Shown in pieces: positions 26,775 to 36,601 of a stretch of DNA of 64,000 nt. The number at the start of each line of letters is the position of its first letter. Position 1 is the stretch's first letter. A program made the position numbers and the translations under genes. The notes beneath the pieces were generated by a model, which saw nothing but the letters and a program-made list of their open reading frames with translations, had not been told where the DNA came from and made no database searches. The stretch comes from Myxococcales bacterium (GTDB lineage Bacteria; Myxococcota_A; Polyangia; Polyangiales; DASUME01), in NCBI GenBank assembly GCA_047601445.1, contig JASGJH010000001.1, forward strand, positions 2,080,001-2,144,000, given 5' to 3'.

Positions 26775-28474
26775 CCAGCCCCCAGGACGCGCAGGGTCTC
26801 GTGACGCCGCCCGATCTCGAAGCGCAGAGAGCTCGGCGCGCGCCGCAGGTCGAGCGCCAAGACCTCGTCCAGCAACCCACGCGCGATGGCCAGGCGTCCA
26901 TCGCGCTCCACTTGCTCGGAGCGACGCAGGAAACAACGCGCGACGGCTCGGATCAGCAGCGGATTGCGCTCCACCCGCGCGCGCTCCACCTCGATGGCGC
27001 GCCGGAACAGGGCCAGCGCCTGCGCGTACTCGTCGCGCGCAGCGTGCATCAGGCCCGCGACGATGATCGGCAATGCCCAGTCCGGACGACAGCTCGCAGC
27101 CGCCTCGAAGCGTGCGAGCGCGCGGCCGGTCGCCCCCAGGATGAGCCAGATGCGTCCGCTCAGATAGTGGCGGAACGAGCGCAGCCGGACGCCAAAGGAC
27201 GGCAGCGTGGGCTCGGTGTCTCGATCGCGCTCGGTGCTCAGCACGAGGCCTCCCTCGCCCGGGGGTTCCTCGCCGCGCAGCACCAGACGGGCGCGCGTCT
27301 GATCGGCCGCCTCCTCCGCCGCAGCACGCAGCGCACCGCTCGAGGACTCACGCGCGACGCGCACGAGCTCGAGCAGCGCTCTCCCATCCGCGATGCGCCC
27401 CAGCGTATGGGCGGCCTTGCTGGAGAGCACGTGGTCATCGCCGCGCAGAAAGGGCAGCACCGCCGGCACGTCCTCGGGACCGCCGACCGTGCGCAGGGCT
27501 TCGATCGCGCGCACGAGCACGTGACGGTCCTGGCTGCGCAGCTGCGCCCGCACGTAGTCCGCGGCGCGCACATCTCCGAAACGACCGAGCGCCGCCCCCA
27601 GCGCGATGCGCTCGATGTCGACCACGCTGCGCTCGTAGGCCCGCAAGAGCGCCGGCCAGACTCGCGGGTCGTCGATGCGGCTGATCGCCCGCGCCGCTTC
27701 GATCACCATGCTGCTCTCGCGCTCCTCGAGCAGGGAGACCAGCGACGCTACCAGGCGCGTGTCCCCGGCATAGCGCACCGCCGAGAGCACCGACCTCTGC
27801 AGCTCCACATCGATGGATGTGGTGTTACCCTCGATCAAGGCAGCCACGTGGGCCAGCACCAGGTCGCTCAGTTCCCGGGCGTGCAAGAGCAGGAGCGCGC
27901 GCGCGTCGCCCGACAGCCCCAGCAGTGGGTCCTCGCTGGAATCACCCTCCCAGTAGCGGCGCACGTTGGTCTCCAGCTTGCCAGCCAACGACCTCACTTC
28001 TTGCGCCGTCTCCAGCGCGTCCTTGGCGCGCGGCCCCGACAGCAGCTGCTGGCAGGCGCGCAGCTCAGGCGCGATCTCCACGTCGAGCAGGTGCTCGAGG
28101 ACTTCCTGGATTTGATGGCGATCCTCGGTGTCGAGATCGTCTTCACTCAAGCGCTCGGCCAACCGCCGCGCCGCGACCCGGCGCTGCCACAGCGAACCTG
28201 CCCGAAGCACCGCGAGCAAGGTCGGCACGTGACCCAGCTCCGCCAGGCTCTGCTGGCCAGCCCGACTGCCCTCCGACTGCAGACGCCCCAGGAACGAGCG
28301 ATCGGGGCCCGCCACCGGCGCCGGTAGCTGACTCTCACGCGGCTCGGAAGCCGAGAGCCGCGCAGGCTCCGTGCGCTCGAGCCGGGCGACGTCCGCCGCC
28401 GCGACCCCCGCGATGAGAGCCCGCGAAAGCGCCCGGTCATCCGCCCCCTCGCCCGCGGACAAGGACTCACGCAA
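26771..28474 (-). CDS. HEAT-repeat protein with C-terminal TPR-like repeats
   Basis: 'VIEAARAISRI', 'VLVRAIEALRTVG', 'SKAAHTLGRI'. TPR-like 'ALARFEAAASCRPD', 'YAQALALFRRAIE'. Confidence 0.75.
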   Translation of the reverse strand: MRESLSAGEGADDRALSRALIAGVAAADVARLERTEPARLSASEPRESQLPAPVAGPDRSFLGRLQSEGSRAGQQSLAELGHVPTLLAVLRAGSLWQRRVAARRLAERLSEDDLDTEDRHQIQEVLEHLLDVEIAPELRACQQLLSGPRAKDALETAQEVRSLAGKLETNVRRYWEGDSSEDPLLGLSGDARALLLLHARELSDLVLAHVAALIEGNTTSIDVELQRSVLSAVRYAGDTRLVASLVSLLEERESSMVIEAARAISRIDDPRVWPALLRAYERSVVDIERIALGAALGRFGDVRAADYVRAQLRSQDRHVLVRAIEALRTVGGPEDVPAVLPFLRGDDHVLSSKAAHTLGRIADGRALLELVRVARESSSGALRAAAEEAADQTRARLVLRGEEPPGEGGLVLSTERDRDTEPTLPSFGVRLRSFRHYLSGRIWLILGATGRALARFEAAASCRPDWALPIIVAGLMHAARDEYAQALALFRRAIEVERARVERNPLLIRAVARCFLRRSEQVERDGRLAIARGLLDEVLALDLRRAPSSLRFEIGRRHETLRVLGAG

Positions 28475-28603
28475 GCTGGCGTCTGGATCGCAGCCCAGGC
28501 CAGCGCGCAGACCACGGACGAGGACTTCGGTGTTGGCTGCGCGATCCGTAGGCTACTCCTTCCAAGAACTCAGCAAGCTTTGCGGCGGACGCTACGAGGA
28601 CCT

Positions 28604-29206
28604 TCAAGGCAGGAGATCGGAGCTCAGCTCATCTCCTAATTCGTTGGCGCTCTCCTCTTCGTCCTCATCATCGATCGCGCGCTTCTCGAGCAACCCGTCC
28701 TCGTCGCCGTCCAAGTCGAGTCCGTCCACCATCGGGTCGTCCACTCCCTCGAGTCCGCCGTCATCGGTCAACGATTCGTCGTCGTCCAGGTCCAAGTCGT
28801 CACCGAGGGCGCTCCCCATCCCCTCGCTGTCTTCTGTCCAGCGCTCGTCCTCATCGTCGAGATCGAGCTCGTCCTCGATCTCCAACGATTTCTCGTCCAG
28901 GCTCCAGCGCGACTCCCCGTCGTCGAGGTCGTCCGCATCGAGGAGCTCCGCACCGAGGGCGCCTTCGCCGCGCTCGTCCGCGCCTGTCTCCGCATCGAGC
29001 CCGATCTCCTCTGGGCCGCCCCCGATGTCCGCGAGCACGATGTCGTCCGCGTCCGGGGTTCCCACGAGTTCTTCGTCGCCCTCAAGCTGCGTGTCTTCGT
29101 CGTCTTCCAGATCCGGGAAGACGAGCTCGTCAGGAAGAACTTTGCCCACGATTTCGAGGCTACCAGCCTTGTTGCGTGCTTGCACGCACGGCTGACGGCC
29201 GCTCAC
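28604..29206 (-). CDS. Highly acidic, probably disordered protein
   Basis: About 75 D/E versus 7 K/R in the last 181 aa (manual count). A GTG at 29206 overlaps the udg stop; alternative start GTG 29149. Confidence 0.65.
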   Translation of the reverse strand: MSGRQPCVQARNKAGSLEIVGKVLPDELVFPDLEDDEDTQLEGDEELVGTPDADDIVLADIGGGPEEIGLDAETGADERGEGALGAELLDADDLDDGESRWSLDEKSLEIEDELDLDDEDERWTEDSEGMGSALGDDLDLDDDESLTDDGGLEGVDDPMVDGLDLDGDEDGLLEKRAIDDEDEEESANELGDELSSDLLP

Positions 29207-30012
29207 GGGGTGTCGCGCAGCCGAGCCATCACTTTCTGCAGGTCCTCCCACACGGGGCGCTTGAATTCAGGGCTCCGGAGCAGAAATGCCGGGTGATACG
29301 TCGGCATCACGGGCACCCCGCGAAACATCCCCCAGCGGCCGCGCCAGCCCCCACCCGCGGGGACCAGCCCCATGTTTTCGGCGGCGCAGCGCCCGAGAGC
29401 CACGATGACGCGCGGGGCCACCAAATCCAGCTGCTCCTCCAGGAACGGAGAGCAAGCGCCCGCTTCCGAGGGCAAGGGCGTCCGGTTCCCCGGGGGACGA
29501 CACTTCACCACATTGCAGATGTAGACGTCTTCGCGGCCGTAGCCCATGGCGGCGACCATCTTGTCGAGCAGCTTGCCGGCGGCGCCCACGAACGGAAGGC
29601 CCTGCAGGTCCTCTTCCTGCCCTGGACCTTCCCCGACGAATACGAGGGGCGACTCCGGGTTGCCGCGCGCGAACACCGTCTGAGTCCGTCCTTTGGCCAG
29701 GTCGCAGCGGGTGCAGCCCCGCACCTCTTCGGAGATCGCCGCTAGACGCACCCGACGGTCGCCGATCGACGGGCTCCCAATGTCCCGCACGAGCTGCGGC
29801 GGAGCGCTCACGGACGCCACCATCGGTGTGTTCGGGAGCTCCGTGGCCGCAGGCGCACCGGTCGCTCGCTCGGCCGCAGGCCCACGCTCCGTGCTGCTGC
29901 GTGCGCTCCGCGTTACCTGCGGAATTCCGATGCCTCCGGTCTGGGCCTCCCACTCCAAGTGGGCCCGAATCTCCCGCAGCACCGCCGTGCGTTCGTCCAG
30001 CGCTCGCGTCAC
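29203..30012 (-). CDS. Uracil-DNA glycosylase, family 4 ([4Fe-4S])
   Basis: 'CTRCDL', 'VGEGPG..ED..G.PFVG.AG', 'NVVKCRPP.NR.P', 'TYHPA'. GTG 30012 preceded by GAGGGG. Confidence 0.92.
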   Translation of the reverse strand: MTRALDERTAVLREIRAHLEWEAQTGGIGIPQVTRSARSSTERGPAAERATGAPAATELPNTPMVASVSAPPQLVRDIGSPSIGDRRVRLAAISEEVRGCTRCDLAKGRTQTVFARGNPESPLVFVGEGPGQEEDLQGLPFVGAAGKLLDKMVAAMGYGREDVYICNVVKCRPPGNRTPLPSEAGACSPFLEEQLDLVAPRVIVALGRCAAENMGLVPAGGGWRGRWGMFRGVPVMPTYHPAFLLRSPEFKRPVWEDLQKVMARLRDTP

Positions 30013-30113
30013 CGCCCCCTCGTACCCGTTGTCCGGAGCGCATGCAATGGCACGCTCGACACGGCCCGCGGTGGCGAGCAGCGCTGCCCTCGTGACGGCT
30101 GCCGACTTCTGCA

Positions 30114-31085
30114 ATGACACGGGCGCGTGCTACGGATGGGCCCAACGTGCGCGCCGCCGTCATCGTCAATCCCAATGCAGGCGCCCTGCGCCGAAACCCC
30201 AAGTTGGCAGATCGCTTGAGGGAATCGTGCCGCGGGCGTGCCGAACTCCTAGTCACGCAGGACGACGCCCATCTGGGGGAAGTCGTGCAGACGATCGCGG
30301 ACCACGGTGTCGAACGCGTGGCCGTAGTCGGCGGCGACGGCACGGCCTCGGTGACCCTCACCAGCCTCTGGAAGGCCTACGCCGATCGCCCGCTTCCGAG
30401 CGTGTCCTTCCTGCGCGGCGGGACCATGAACACGATCGCCAACTCCCTGGGCATCAGCCGACGCAACCCTGGTTGGCTGCTCGACCGAACCCTGCAGGCG
30501 TGGGGCAACGGTGAGAGCAGAAAACTGAAAGCCCGCCCCACGCTGCGCATCGGCGATCGTCTGGGCTTCCTGTTCGGGACGGGGCTGATGTACGGCTACC
30601 TGGCCGAATACTATGCCGTCGGAAACGGCCAACCGACTCCAGTGACCGCCGCGACGGTGCTGGCCAAGGCCGTGGGCAGCGCCCTGGTTGGCGGCAAGAC
30701 CTTCGAGCGCATCCTACAGCCGCGCAAGCTCCAGGTGGTGTTCTCGACCGGGCACTGGGAGACACGCAACTACATGACGATTGGCGCGGGCACCGTGGTG
30801 CAGGCGGGGCTCGGATTTCAGCCTTTCTATCGAGCATTCGAGAGCGACGAGCGCTTCCACTTGCTCGCCGTCAAAGGACGAGCCCACGCGGTCGCTCAGG
30901 ACATGCCGAGGATCTGGCTCGGGCGCGGCTTCCGGCCAGAGACCGCCGAGGAGACCACCACAGAATGGGCAGAGCTCTCCTGCGCCGATGGTGCATTTGG
31001 GTACTTCGTCGACGGCGACCTACTCACCGCCCCGGGACACCTGTCGTTGGGTGTGGGCCCGCGATTCAATATCCTCCGCATTTGA
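30114..31085 (+). CDS. Diacylglycerol/lipid kinase family protein
   Basis: 'IVNPNAG', 'GGDGT', 'GGTMN', 'VDGD'. Confidence 0.85.
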   Translation: MTRARATDGPNVRAAVIVNPNAGALRRNPKLADRLRESCRGRAELLVTQDDAHLGEVVQTIADHGVERVAVVGGDGTASVTLTSLWKAYADRPLPSVSFLRGGTMNTIANSLGISRRNPGWLLDRTLQAWGNGESRKLKARPTLRIGDRLGFLFGTGLMYGYLAEYYAVGNGQPTPVTAATVLAKAVGSALVGGKTFERILQPRKLQVVFSTGHWETRNYMTIGAGTVVQAGLGFQPFYRAFESDERFHLLAVKGRAHAVAQDMPRIWLGRGFRPETAEETTTEWAELSCADGAFGYFVDGDLLTAPGHLSLGVGPRFNILRI

Positions 31086-31111
31086 CTTCCACCAGTCGTG
31101 GCTGTTAGCGT
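31082..31111 (+). promoter_or_regulatory. Putative sigma70 promoter of the PP2C gene
   Basis: TTGACT (31082-31087), 18 bp, extended -10 TGtTAGCGT (31103-31111). Confidence 0.45.
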
Positions 31112-31139
31112 CAAGCCCGGGTAATTTGGAGGTTTTCTC

Positions 31140-31907
31140 GTGCGTGTAGAAACGGCTGGCGAGACGAACGTCGGCATGAAACGCAATCACAACGAGGACA
31201 ACTACGCCATCCTCAACGACGAAGACCTCTTCATCGTTGCAGACGGCATGGGTGGCCACGCGTCTGGTGAAGTGGCGAGCCAAATGGCGATCGACACCAT
31301 GCGGGACTTCTTCCGCGCGACCAGCAAGGATCCCGAAGCCACTTGGCCTTACAAGATGGACAAGAGCCGTGGCTATCAGGAGAACCGGCTGATCACTGGC
31401 ATCAAGTTGGCCAACCTTCGCATTTTCGAGGCGGCGCAGCGCAACGCGGGGCAGCGCGGCATGGGCACCACCATGGTGTCCTTGCTCGCGGTGGACGACG
31501 GCGTGCTGGTCGGACACGTGGGCGACTCGCGCGTCTATCGGCTGCGAGATGGCAAACTCACGCAGCTCACCGAAGACCACTCGCTGCTCAACGACTACAT
31601 CAAGATGAAGCGCTTGAGCCCCGAGGAGATCGCCAACTTTCCTCACAAGAACGTGATCGTCCGCGCCCTGGGTATGAAGGAGAGCGTCAAGGTCGACTGC
31701 TTCCTCGACAAGCCCGAGGTAGGCGACGTCTACGTGCTGTGCACCGATGGTTTGAGCGGCCCCGTTACCGATGCCGAGATCGCCGAGATCATGCAGAACA
31801 ATCGGCACGACCTCAACGGCGTGAGCAAGGGCCTGATCGAGCGCGCCAACAAGAACGGCGGCCCCGACAACATCACGGTGATCCTGGCCAAGGTCCTCGC
31901 GGCCTGA
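31140..31907 (+). CDS. PP2C-type Ser/Thr phosphatase (Stp1/Pph1-like)
   Basis: 'R.HNED', 'VADGMGGH..GEVAS', 'HVGDSR.Y', 'LCTDGL', 'GGPDNIT'. Confidence 0.95.
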   Translation: MRVETAGETNVGMKRNHNEDNYAILNDEDLFIVADGMGGHASGEVASQMAIDTMRDFFRATSKDPEATWPYKMDKSRGYQENRLITGIKLANLRIFEAAQRNAGQRGMGTTMVSLLAVDDGVLVGHVGDSRVYRLRDGKLTQLTEDHSLLNDYIKMKRLSPEEIANFPHKNVIVRALGMKESVKVDCFLDKPEVGDVYVLCTDGLSGPVTDAEIAEIMQNNRHDLNGVSKGLIERANKNGGPDNITVILAKVLAA

Positions 31908-31923
31908 GGCCCATGGAGTTGCC

Positions 31924-32820
31924 ATGCTGAGGGGCGCTCATGAGCCGGCCCTCAAGCTCCTGGCGGCAGAGCTCGTGCGGCGCGTGGTGCGCACGCTCAC
32001 GCCGCTCGCTATCCCCGTGATGCCGCTCAAGGGCGTGCTGTGGCAGGCCACGCTGTACGGCCCCCACGAGTCGCGCCCATTGGCAGACGTGGACCTGTTG
32101 GTGCCCGCAGAAGCCTTCGATGCGGCCGCGGCAGCGCTCCTCGCGGCGGGCTTCGTCTACCCGCCGGGTTCCGCGGATTCCCACGAAGACTTCGCGAGCT
32201 GGGAGGGAGCCTTGCCGCTGCCCGAGCTGTGGCGACAGCTCGTCACCGGCTATACCCGCGAGCGCGAGCTCAGCAGCGCGGAGCTGCCTCTGCTGGTGGA
32301 CCTGCACCGCAGTGTATTCGCCCGTGGCCGCTACTCCCTGAGCACGCGCGCGCTGTTCGAGCGTGCCCACCACGACACGGCCTTGTTCGGCGTGCCCGTT
32401 TGGGTTCCCCACCCGCTCGATCAGCTGGCTCATCTCTTGGGACACCTGGCCACCGATCATCGCCCCGGGAATGCCATGTACCGAGCCGACTTCGAGCGCC
32501 TTTTGACACACGAACGCCTCTTGCCGCTGGCCGCTGCGGAGCACCTGGAACGCCACGGACTCGCACGCGCCGCACGCTTTGCGCTGCGGGAGCTGGACAG
32601 CCCGAATACCCAGGGTTGGGTCGAGGCGTGCGTGCGCGAAATGCGGCCGGATCGCCTGGGAGATCTGCTGGCGGAGAGCGCTCGAACCCTGGTGAACCGT
32701 GTGGGGCGATTTTCACCATGGAGCGCCCTGGTCGGCCACGGATTGAACTCGGATCCCCGCCAGATCGCTAAGGCTTTGAGCTGGGCCGCGATCGCCCGGT
32801 TGCGCGCCCGCCTGCTTTGA
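31924..32820 (+). CDS. Uncharacterised nucleotidyltransferase family protein (NTP_transf_5-like)
   Basis: 'PLKG.....LY....RPLADVDLLV', 'VDLH'. Confidence 0.7.
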   Translation: MLRGAHEPALKLLAAELVRRVVRTLTPLAIPVMPLKGVLWQATLYGPHESRPLADVDLLVPAEAFDAAAAALLAAGFVYPPGSADSHEDFASWEGALPLPELWRQLVTGYTRERELSSAELPLLVDLHRSVFARGRYSLSTRALFERAHHDTALFGVPVWVPHPLDQLAHLLGHLATDHRPGNAMYRADFERLLTHERLLPLAAAEHLERHGLARAARFALRELDSPNTQGWVEACVREMRPDRLGDLLAESARTLVNRVGRFSPWSALVGHGLNSDPRQIAKALSWAAIARLRARLL

Positions 32821-32948
32821 ATGCGCGGCCCCTCGCGCGCCACCAAGGAAATGTGATCACCTGCGACATGCGGGGTCGATAGAGGCTGGGGGGCGCCTTG
32901 CGTTAGGGCGGCCGAGATCACAAGGTTGGGGCCAACTCGAGGGGAAAC

Positions 32949-34256
32949 ATGCGCCTTTGTGTGGTCGGTACGGGTTACGTTGGTCTCGTTAGCGGCGCCT
33001 GCTTTGCAGAGATCGGCAACGATGTGATTTGCGCGGATATCGATCGCTCCAAGATCGATCGGCTGCGCGCCGGTGAAATTCCAATCTTCGAACCGGGGCT
33101 CGAAGAGCTCGTGAAGCGCAATACGGCCGCAGGGCGCTTGCAGTTCACGCCCGAGGTCGAGAAGGCCATCGCACAGGCCGACGCTGTGTTCATCGCGGTG
33201 GGCACTCCGTCGCGCTCGGACGGCGGCGCCGATCTCAGCGCGGTCGACGCTGTGGCAGCCACCGTCAAGCAGCACGCTACGCGCGAAGTGGTGATGGTCG
33301 TGAAGAGCACGGCCCCCGTCGGCACCAACGCGCGCCTGCGGCGCATCGTCGAGGGCTCGAAGCACCCCATCCACGTGGTCTCGAACCCCGAGTTCCTCAA
33401 AGAGGGCGATGCGGTCAACGACTTCATGCGTCCCGATCGCATCGTCATCGGCACCATCGATGGCGACAACTTCTCCAAGCAGCTGATGGGACGGCTCTAC
33501 CATCCCGTCTCGCTCAACTCCGACAAGATCATCTTCATGGATCCCGCGTCAGCAGAGCTCACGAAATACGTGGCCAACACCATGCTCGCGGTGCGCATCT
33601 CGTTCATGAACGAGATCGCGGCGCTGTGTGAGAAGGTCGGCGCGGACATCCATCACGTGCGTCACGGCGTCGGTAGCGATGAGCGCATCGGCCCCAAGTT
33701 CCTGTACGCGGGCCCGGGCTACGGCGGCTCCTGCTTCCCCAAGGACGTCAAAGCCCTCGTGCACACTGCGCGCGACCACGGCTTCGAGGTCGAGATGGCC
33801 GCCACCACCGATCGCGTGAACCAGCGCCAGAAGGGCGTACTCGGCCGCAAGCTGCGCGCCGCCATCGGCGAGGACGTGCGCGGCAAGCGCATCGCGGTTT
33901 GGGGTCTGGCGTTCAAGCCTCGCACCGACGATACCCGCGAGTCCCCCGCGTTTACGCTCATCGACGCCCTGTTGGCTGACGGCGCCACGGTGGCGGCCCA
34001 TGACCCCGAGGCCATGCCCATCGTGCGCGGCCTGTACGGCGACAAGATCACGCTGGTCGACAACGCCTACGACGCCTGCAAGGGCGCCGATGCGCTCGTG
34101 CTCGTCACGGAGTGGCGCGAATACCAGAGCCCAGACTTCGAGCGCGTGAAGGGCCTGCTCAAGCGCCCCATCTTGATCGACGGACGCAACATCTGGTCGT
34201 CCTACGGCCTCACGGCCCAGGGCTTTCAATACCAAGGCATCGGAGTTCGAGTCTGA
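32949..34256 (+). CDS. ugd: UDP-glucose 6-dehydrogenase
   Basis: 'GTGYVGL', 'SNPEFLKEG', '[10 protein letters not shown]', 'GLAFKP.TDD.RES'. Confidence 0.93.
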   Translation: MRLCVVGTGYVGLVSGACFAEIGNDVICADIDRSKIDRLRAGEIPIFEPGLEELVKRNTAAGRLQFTPEVEKAIAQADAVFIAVGTPSRSDGGADLSAVDAVAATVKQHATREVVMVVKSTAPVGTNARLRRIVEGSKHPIHVVSNPEFLKEGDAVNDFMRPDRIVIGTIDGDNFSKQLMGRLYHPVSLNSDKIIFMDPASAELTKYVANTMLAVRISFMNEIAALCEKVGADIHHVRHGVGSDERIGPKFLYAGPGYGGSCFPKDVKALVHTARDHGFEVEMAATTDRVNQRQKGVLGRKLRAAIGEDVRGKRIAVWGLAFKPRTDDTRESPAFTLIDALLADGATVAAHDPEAMPIVRGLYGDKITLVDNAYDACKGADALVLVTEWREYQSPDFERVKGLLKRPILIDGRNIWSSYGLTAQGFQYQGIGVRV

Positions 34257-35185
34257 TGAATGTTTTAGTAACGGGTGGAGCTGGCTTCGTCGGGTCGCAT
34301 CTTTGCGAACGCCTGCTCAACGACGGACACACGGTGATCGCGCTCGACGACCTGTCGACGGGATCACGGGAGAACATCCAGCACCTCCTGGGACGCAAGG
34401 ACTTTCGGTTCGTCCTCCAAGACGTCACCTCACCTTTCGAAATCCAGGCCGAGCGCATCTTCCACCTCGCCTGTCCCGCCAGCCCCATCAACTACCAGCG
34501 CAATCCCATCAAGACGGTCACCACGAACGTGGTGGGGACGCTGAATGGCTTGAGCCTCGCGATGCGCACGGGCGCCCGGTTCCTGCTCGCTTCCACCAGC
34601 GAGGTCTACGGTGACCCGGACGTTCATCCGCAGCCCGAGAGCTACCGCGGCAACGTGAACCCCATCGGACCTCGCGCCTGTTACGACGAGGGCAAGCGCT
34701 GCGCCGAAACCCTGTGTTTCGACCATCATCGTGAAGCTGCGGTCGACATCCGTGTCGCGCGCATCTTCAACACCTACGGGCCCCGCATGGCCATCAACGA
34801 TGGCCGCGTCGTCTCGAACTTTATCGTCCAGGCCCTGCGCGGAGAGGACCTCACCGTCTACGGCACGGGCTCTCAGACGCGCAGCTTCTGCTACGTCGAT
34901 GATCTCGTCGACGGTCTGTGTCGCCTCATGGACGGTGCCCAGACCGGCCCCATCAACATCGGCAACCCCGGTGAGTTCACGATTCGCGAACTGGCGGAAA
35001 GGGTCATCGACCTGACCGGCTCCTCCAGCAAGCTGATCGAGAAGCCGCTGCCGGCAGACGATCCCAAGCAGCGCCGGCCCGACATCACCAAGGCCATGGA
35101 ACTGCTTGGCTACAGCCCCAAGATCGCCCTGGCAGAGGGTCTGGAAAAGACCGTCTCGTATTTCCGCCAGGCACTCGGGGCGTAG
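34256..35185 (+). CDS. uxs: UDP-glucuronate decarboxylase (UDP-xylose synthase)
   Basis: 'GGAGFVG', 'HLACPASP', 'STSEVYGDP', 'RACYDEGKR', 'DGRVVSNFI', '[10 protein letters not shown]'. Confidence 0.92.
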   Translation: MNVLVTGGAGFVGSHLCERLLNDGHTVIALDDLSTGSRENIQHLLGRKDFRFVLQDVTSPFEIQAERIFHLACPASPINYQRNPIKTVTTNVVGTLNGLSLAMRTGARFLLASTSEVYGDPDVHPQPESYRGNVNPIGPRACYDEGKRCAETLCFDHHREAAVDIRVARIFNTYGPRMAINDGRVVSNFIVQALRGEDLTVYGTGSQTRSFCYVDDLVDGLCRLMDGAQTGPINIGNPGEFTIRELAERVIDLTGSSSKLIEKPLPADDPKQRRPDITKAMELLGYSPKIALAEGLEKTVSYFRQALGA

Positions 35186-35187
35186 AG

Positions 35188-36519
35188 ATGGACGACGTGT
35201 CGTCGGTTGGCGTCCTGCAGCAGGCTATCGCCTCGAGGAGCGCCAAGATTGGCATCATCGGCATGGGTTACGTGGGCCTGCCGTTGGCGCTCGCGTTCGT
35301 CAAAGCGGGCTTCTCGGTCACGGGCTTCGATACCGACCCCTCCAAGGTCGAATCGCTCCGGACCGGGGAGAGCTATCTCCTGCACATCCCGTCGGAACCC
35401 ATCGCGGCGGCGGCTCGCAGCAAGAAGCTCAAGGCCACCAGCAACTTCGACCATCTGTCGAGCCAGGACGCGATCCTGATCTGCGTTCCTACCCCGCTCA
35501 CCAAGCAGCGCGAACCCGATATGCGCTACGTGCGGGACACCGCCGAGAGCGTGGCCAAGCGGCTGCGCCCAGGTCAGCTCGTGGTGCTCGAGTCGACGAC
35601 CTACCCCGGCACCACGGACGAGCTCGTGCGCGAGATCCTCGAGAGCACGAGCGGGCTCAAGCTGGGCACGGACTACCTGCTCGCGTTTTCACCGGAGCGT
35701 GAAGACCCAGGAAATCCGCAGTTCAACACCCAGACCATCCCCAAGCTCGTCGGCGGAGTGGACAAAGCGAGCGGCGAGATCGCCAATCAGCTCTACGCCG
35801 CTGCGCTGAGCAAGACGGTCCTGGTCGCCAACGCACGTGTCGCCGAGGCCGCCAAGCTCACCGAGAACATCTTCCGAAGCGTCAACATCGCGCTCGTCAA
35901 CGAGCTCAAGCTGGTCTTCGACCGCATGGGCATCGATGTCTGGCAGGTGCTCGACGCTGCGGAGACCAAGCCGTTTGGCTTCATGCGCTTCAATCCTGGA
36001 CCCGGATGGGGCGGCCACTGCATCCCCGTCGACCCGTTCTACATGTCCTGGAAAGCGCGCGAGTACGAGATCGCCACCAAGTTCATCGAGCTGGCGGGCG
36101 AGATCAACGTGCGCATGCCCGAGTTCGTCATCGGCAAACTCCAGGCTGCACTCAACGATCGCGGGAAGGCCGTGAAGGGAGCGCGAGTCCTCGTGCTCGG
36201 TGTGGCCTACAAGGCCGACGTTGACGACTGCCGCGAGAGTCCGGCATTCCCGATCATCGATCATCTCGCGGCCCTGGGAGCCGAAGTCGTCTTCTACGAC
36301 CCATTCGTGAAGGTCCTGCCCAGGACGCGTGCGTGGCCTCACTTGTCGAACCGGCCGAGCGAGGAGCTCACCGAAGAGGAAGTGAAGCGAGCCGACGTCG
36401 TGCTCCTGGTCACCGCGCACGCGGGGGTCGACTACGAGATGGTCGGCGCAAATGCGAGCTTGATCCTGGATACCCGTGGAGTGTATCGAGGCGGACGGGG
36501 AAACGTGGTGGGGGCGTGA
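35188..36519 (+). CDS. UDP-N-acetylhexosamine 6-dehydrogenase (WbpA-like)
   Basis: 'GMGYVGLPLA', 'LESTTYPGTT', 'FSPEREDPGN', 'GGHCIPVDP'. Confidence 0.85.
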   Translation: MDDVSSVGVLQQAIASRSAKIGIIGMGYVGLPLALAFVKAGFSVTGFDTDPSKVESLRTGESYLLHIPSEPIAAAARSKKLKATSNFDHLSSQDAILICVPTPLTKQREPDMRYVRDTAESVAKRLRPGQLVVLESTTYPGTTDELVREILESTSGLKLGTDYLLAFSPEREDPGNPQFNTQTIPKLVGGVDKASGEIANQLYAAALSKTVLVANARVAEAAKLTENIFRSVNIALVNELKLVFDRMGIDVWQVLDAAETKPFGFMRFNPGPGWGGHCIPVDPFYMSWKAREYEIATKFIELAGEINVRMPEFVIGKLQAALNDRGKAVKGARVLVLGVAYKADVDDCRESPAFPIIDHLAALGAEVVFYDPFVKVLPRTRAWPHLSNRPSEELTEEEVKRADVVLLVTAHAGVDYEMVGANASLILDTRGVYRGGRGNVVGA

Positions 36520-36601
36520 GGAAGCTACGCGTCCGTCCCCACAGTCGGGCGGGGGATATCGTCGTGGTGGGGCGGCAAAAGAGCGAGGCAAGCAGGTGGG
36601 T

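Noticed and set aside
28371..29195. Ser-rich 274 aa ORF on the + strand
   Set aside because: Its TCG/TCC runs are the reverse complement of the Asp/Glu codon runs of the acidic gene.
32849..32872. CRP-like TGTGA half-site upstream of ugd
   Set aside because: No properly spaced TCACA second half.
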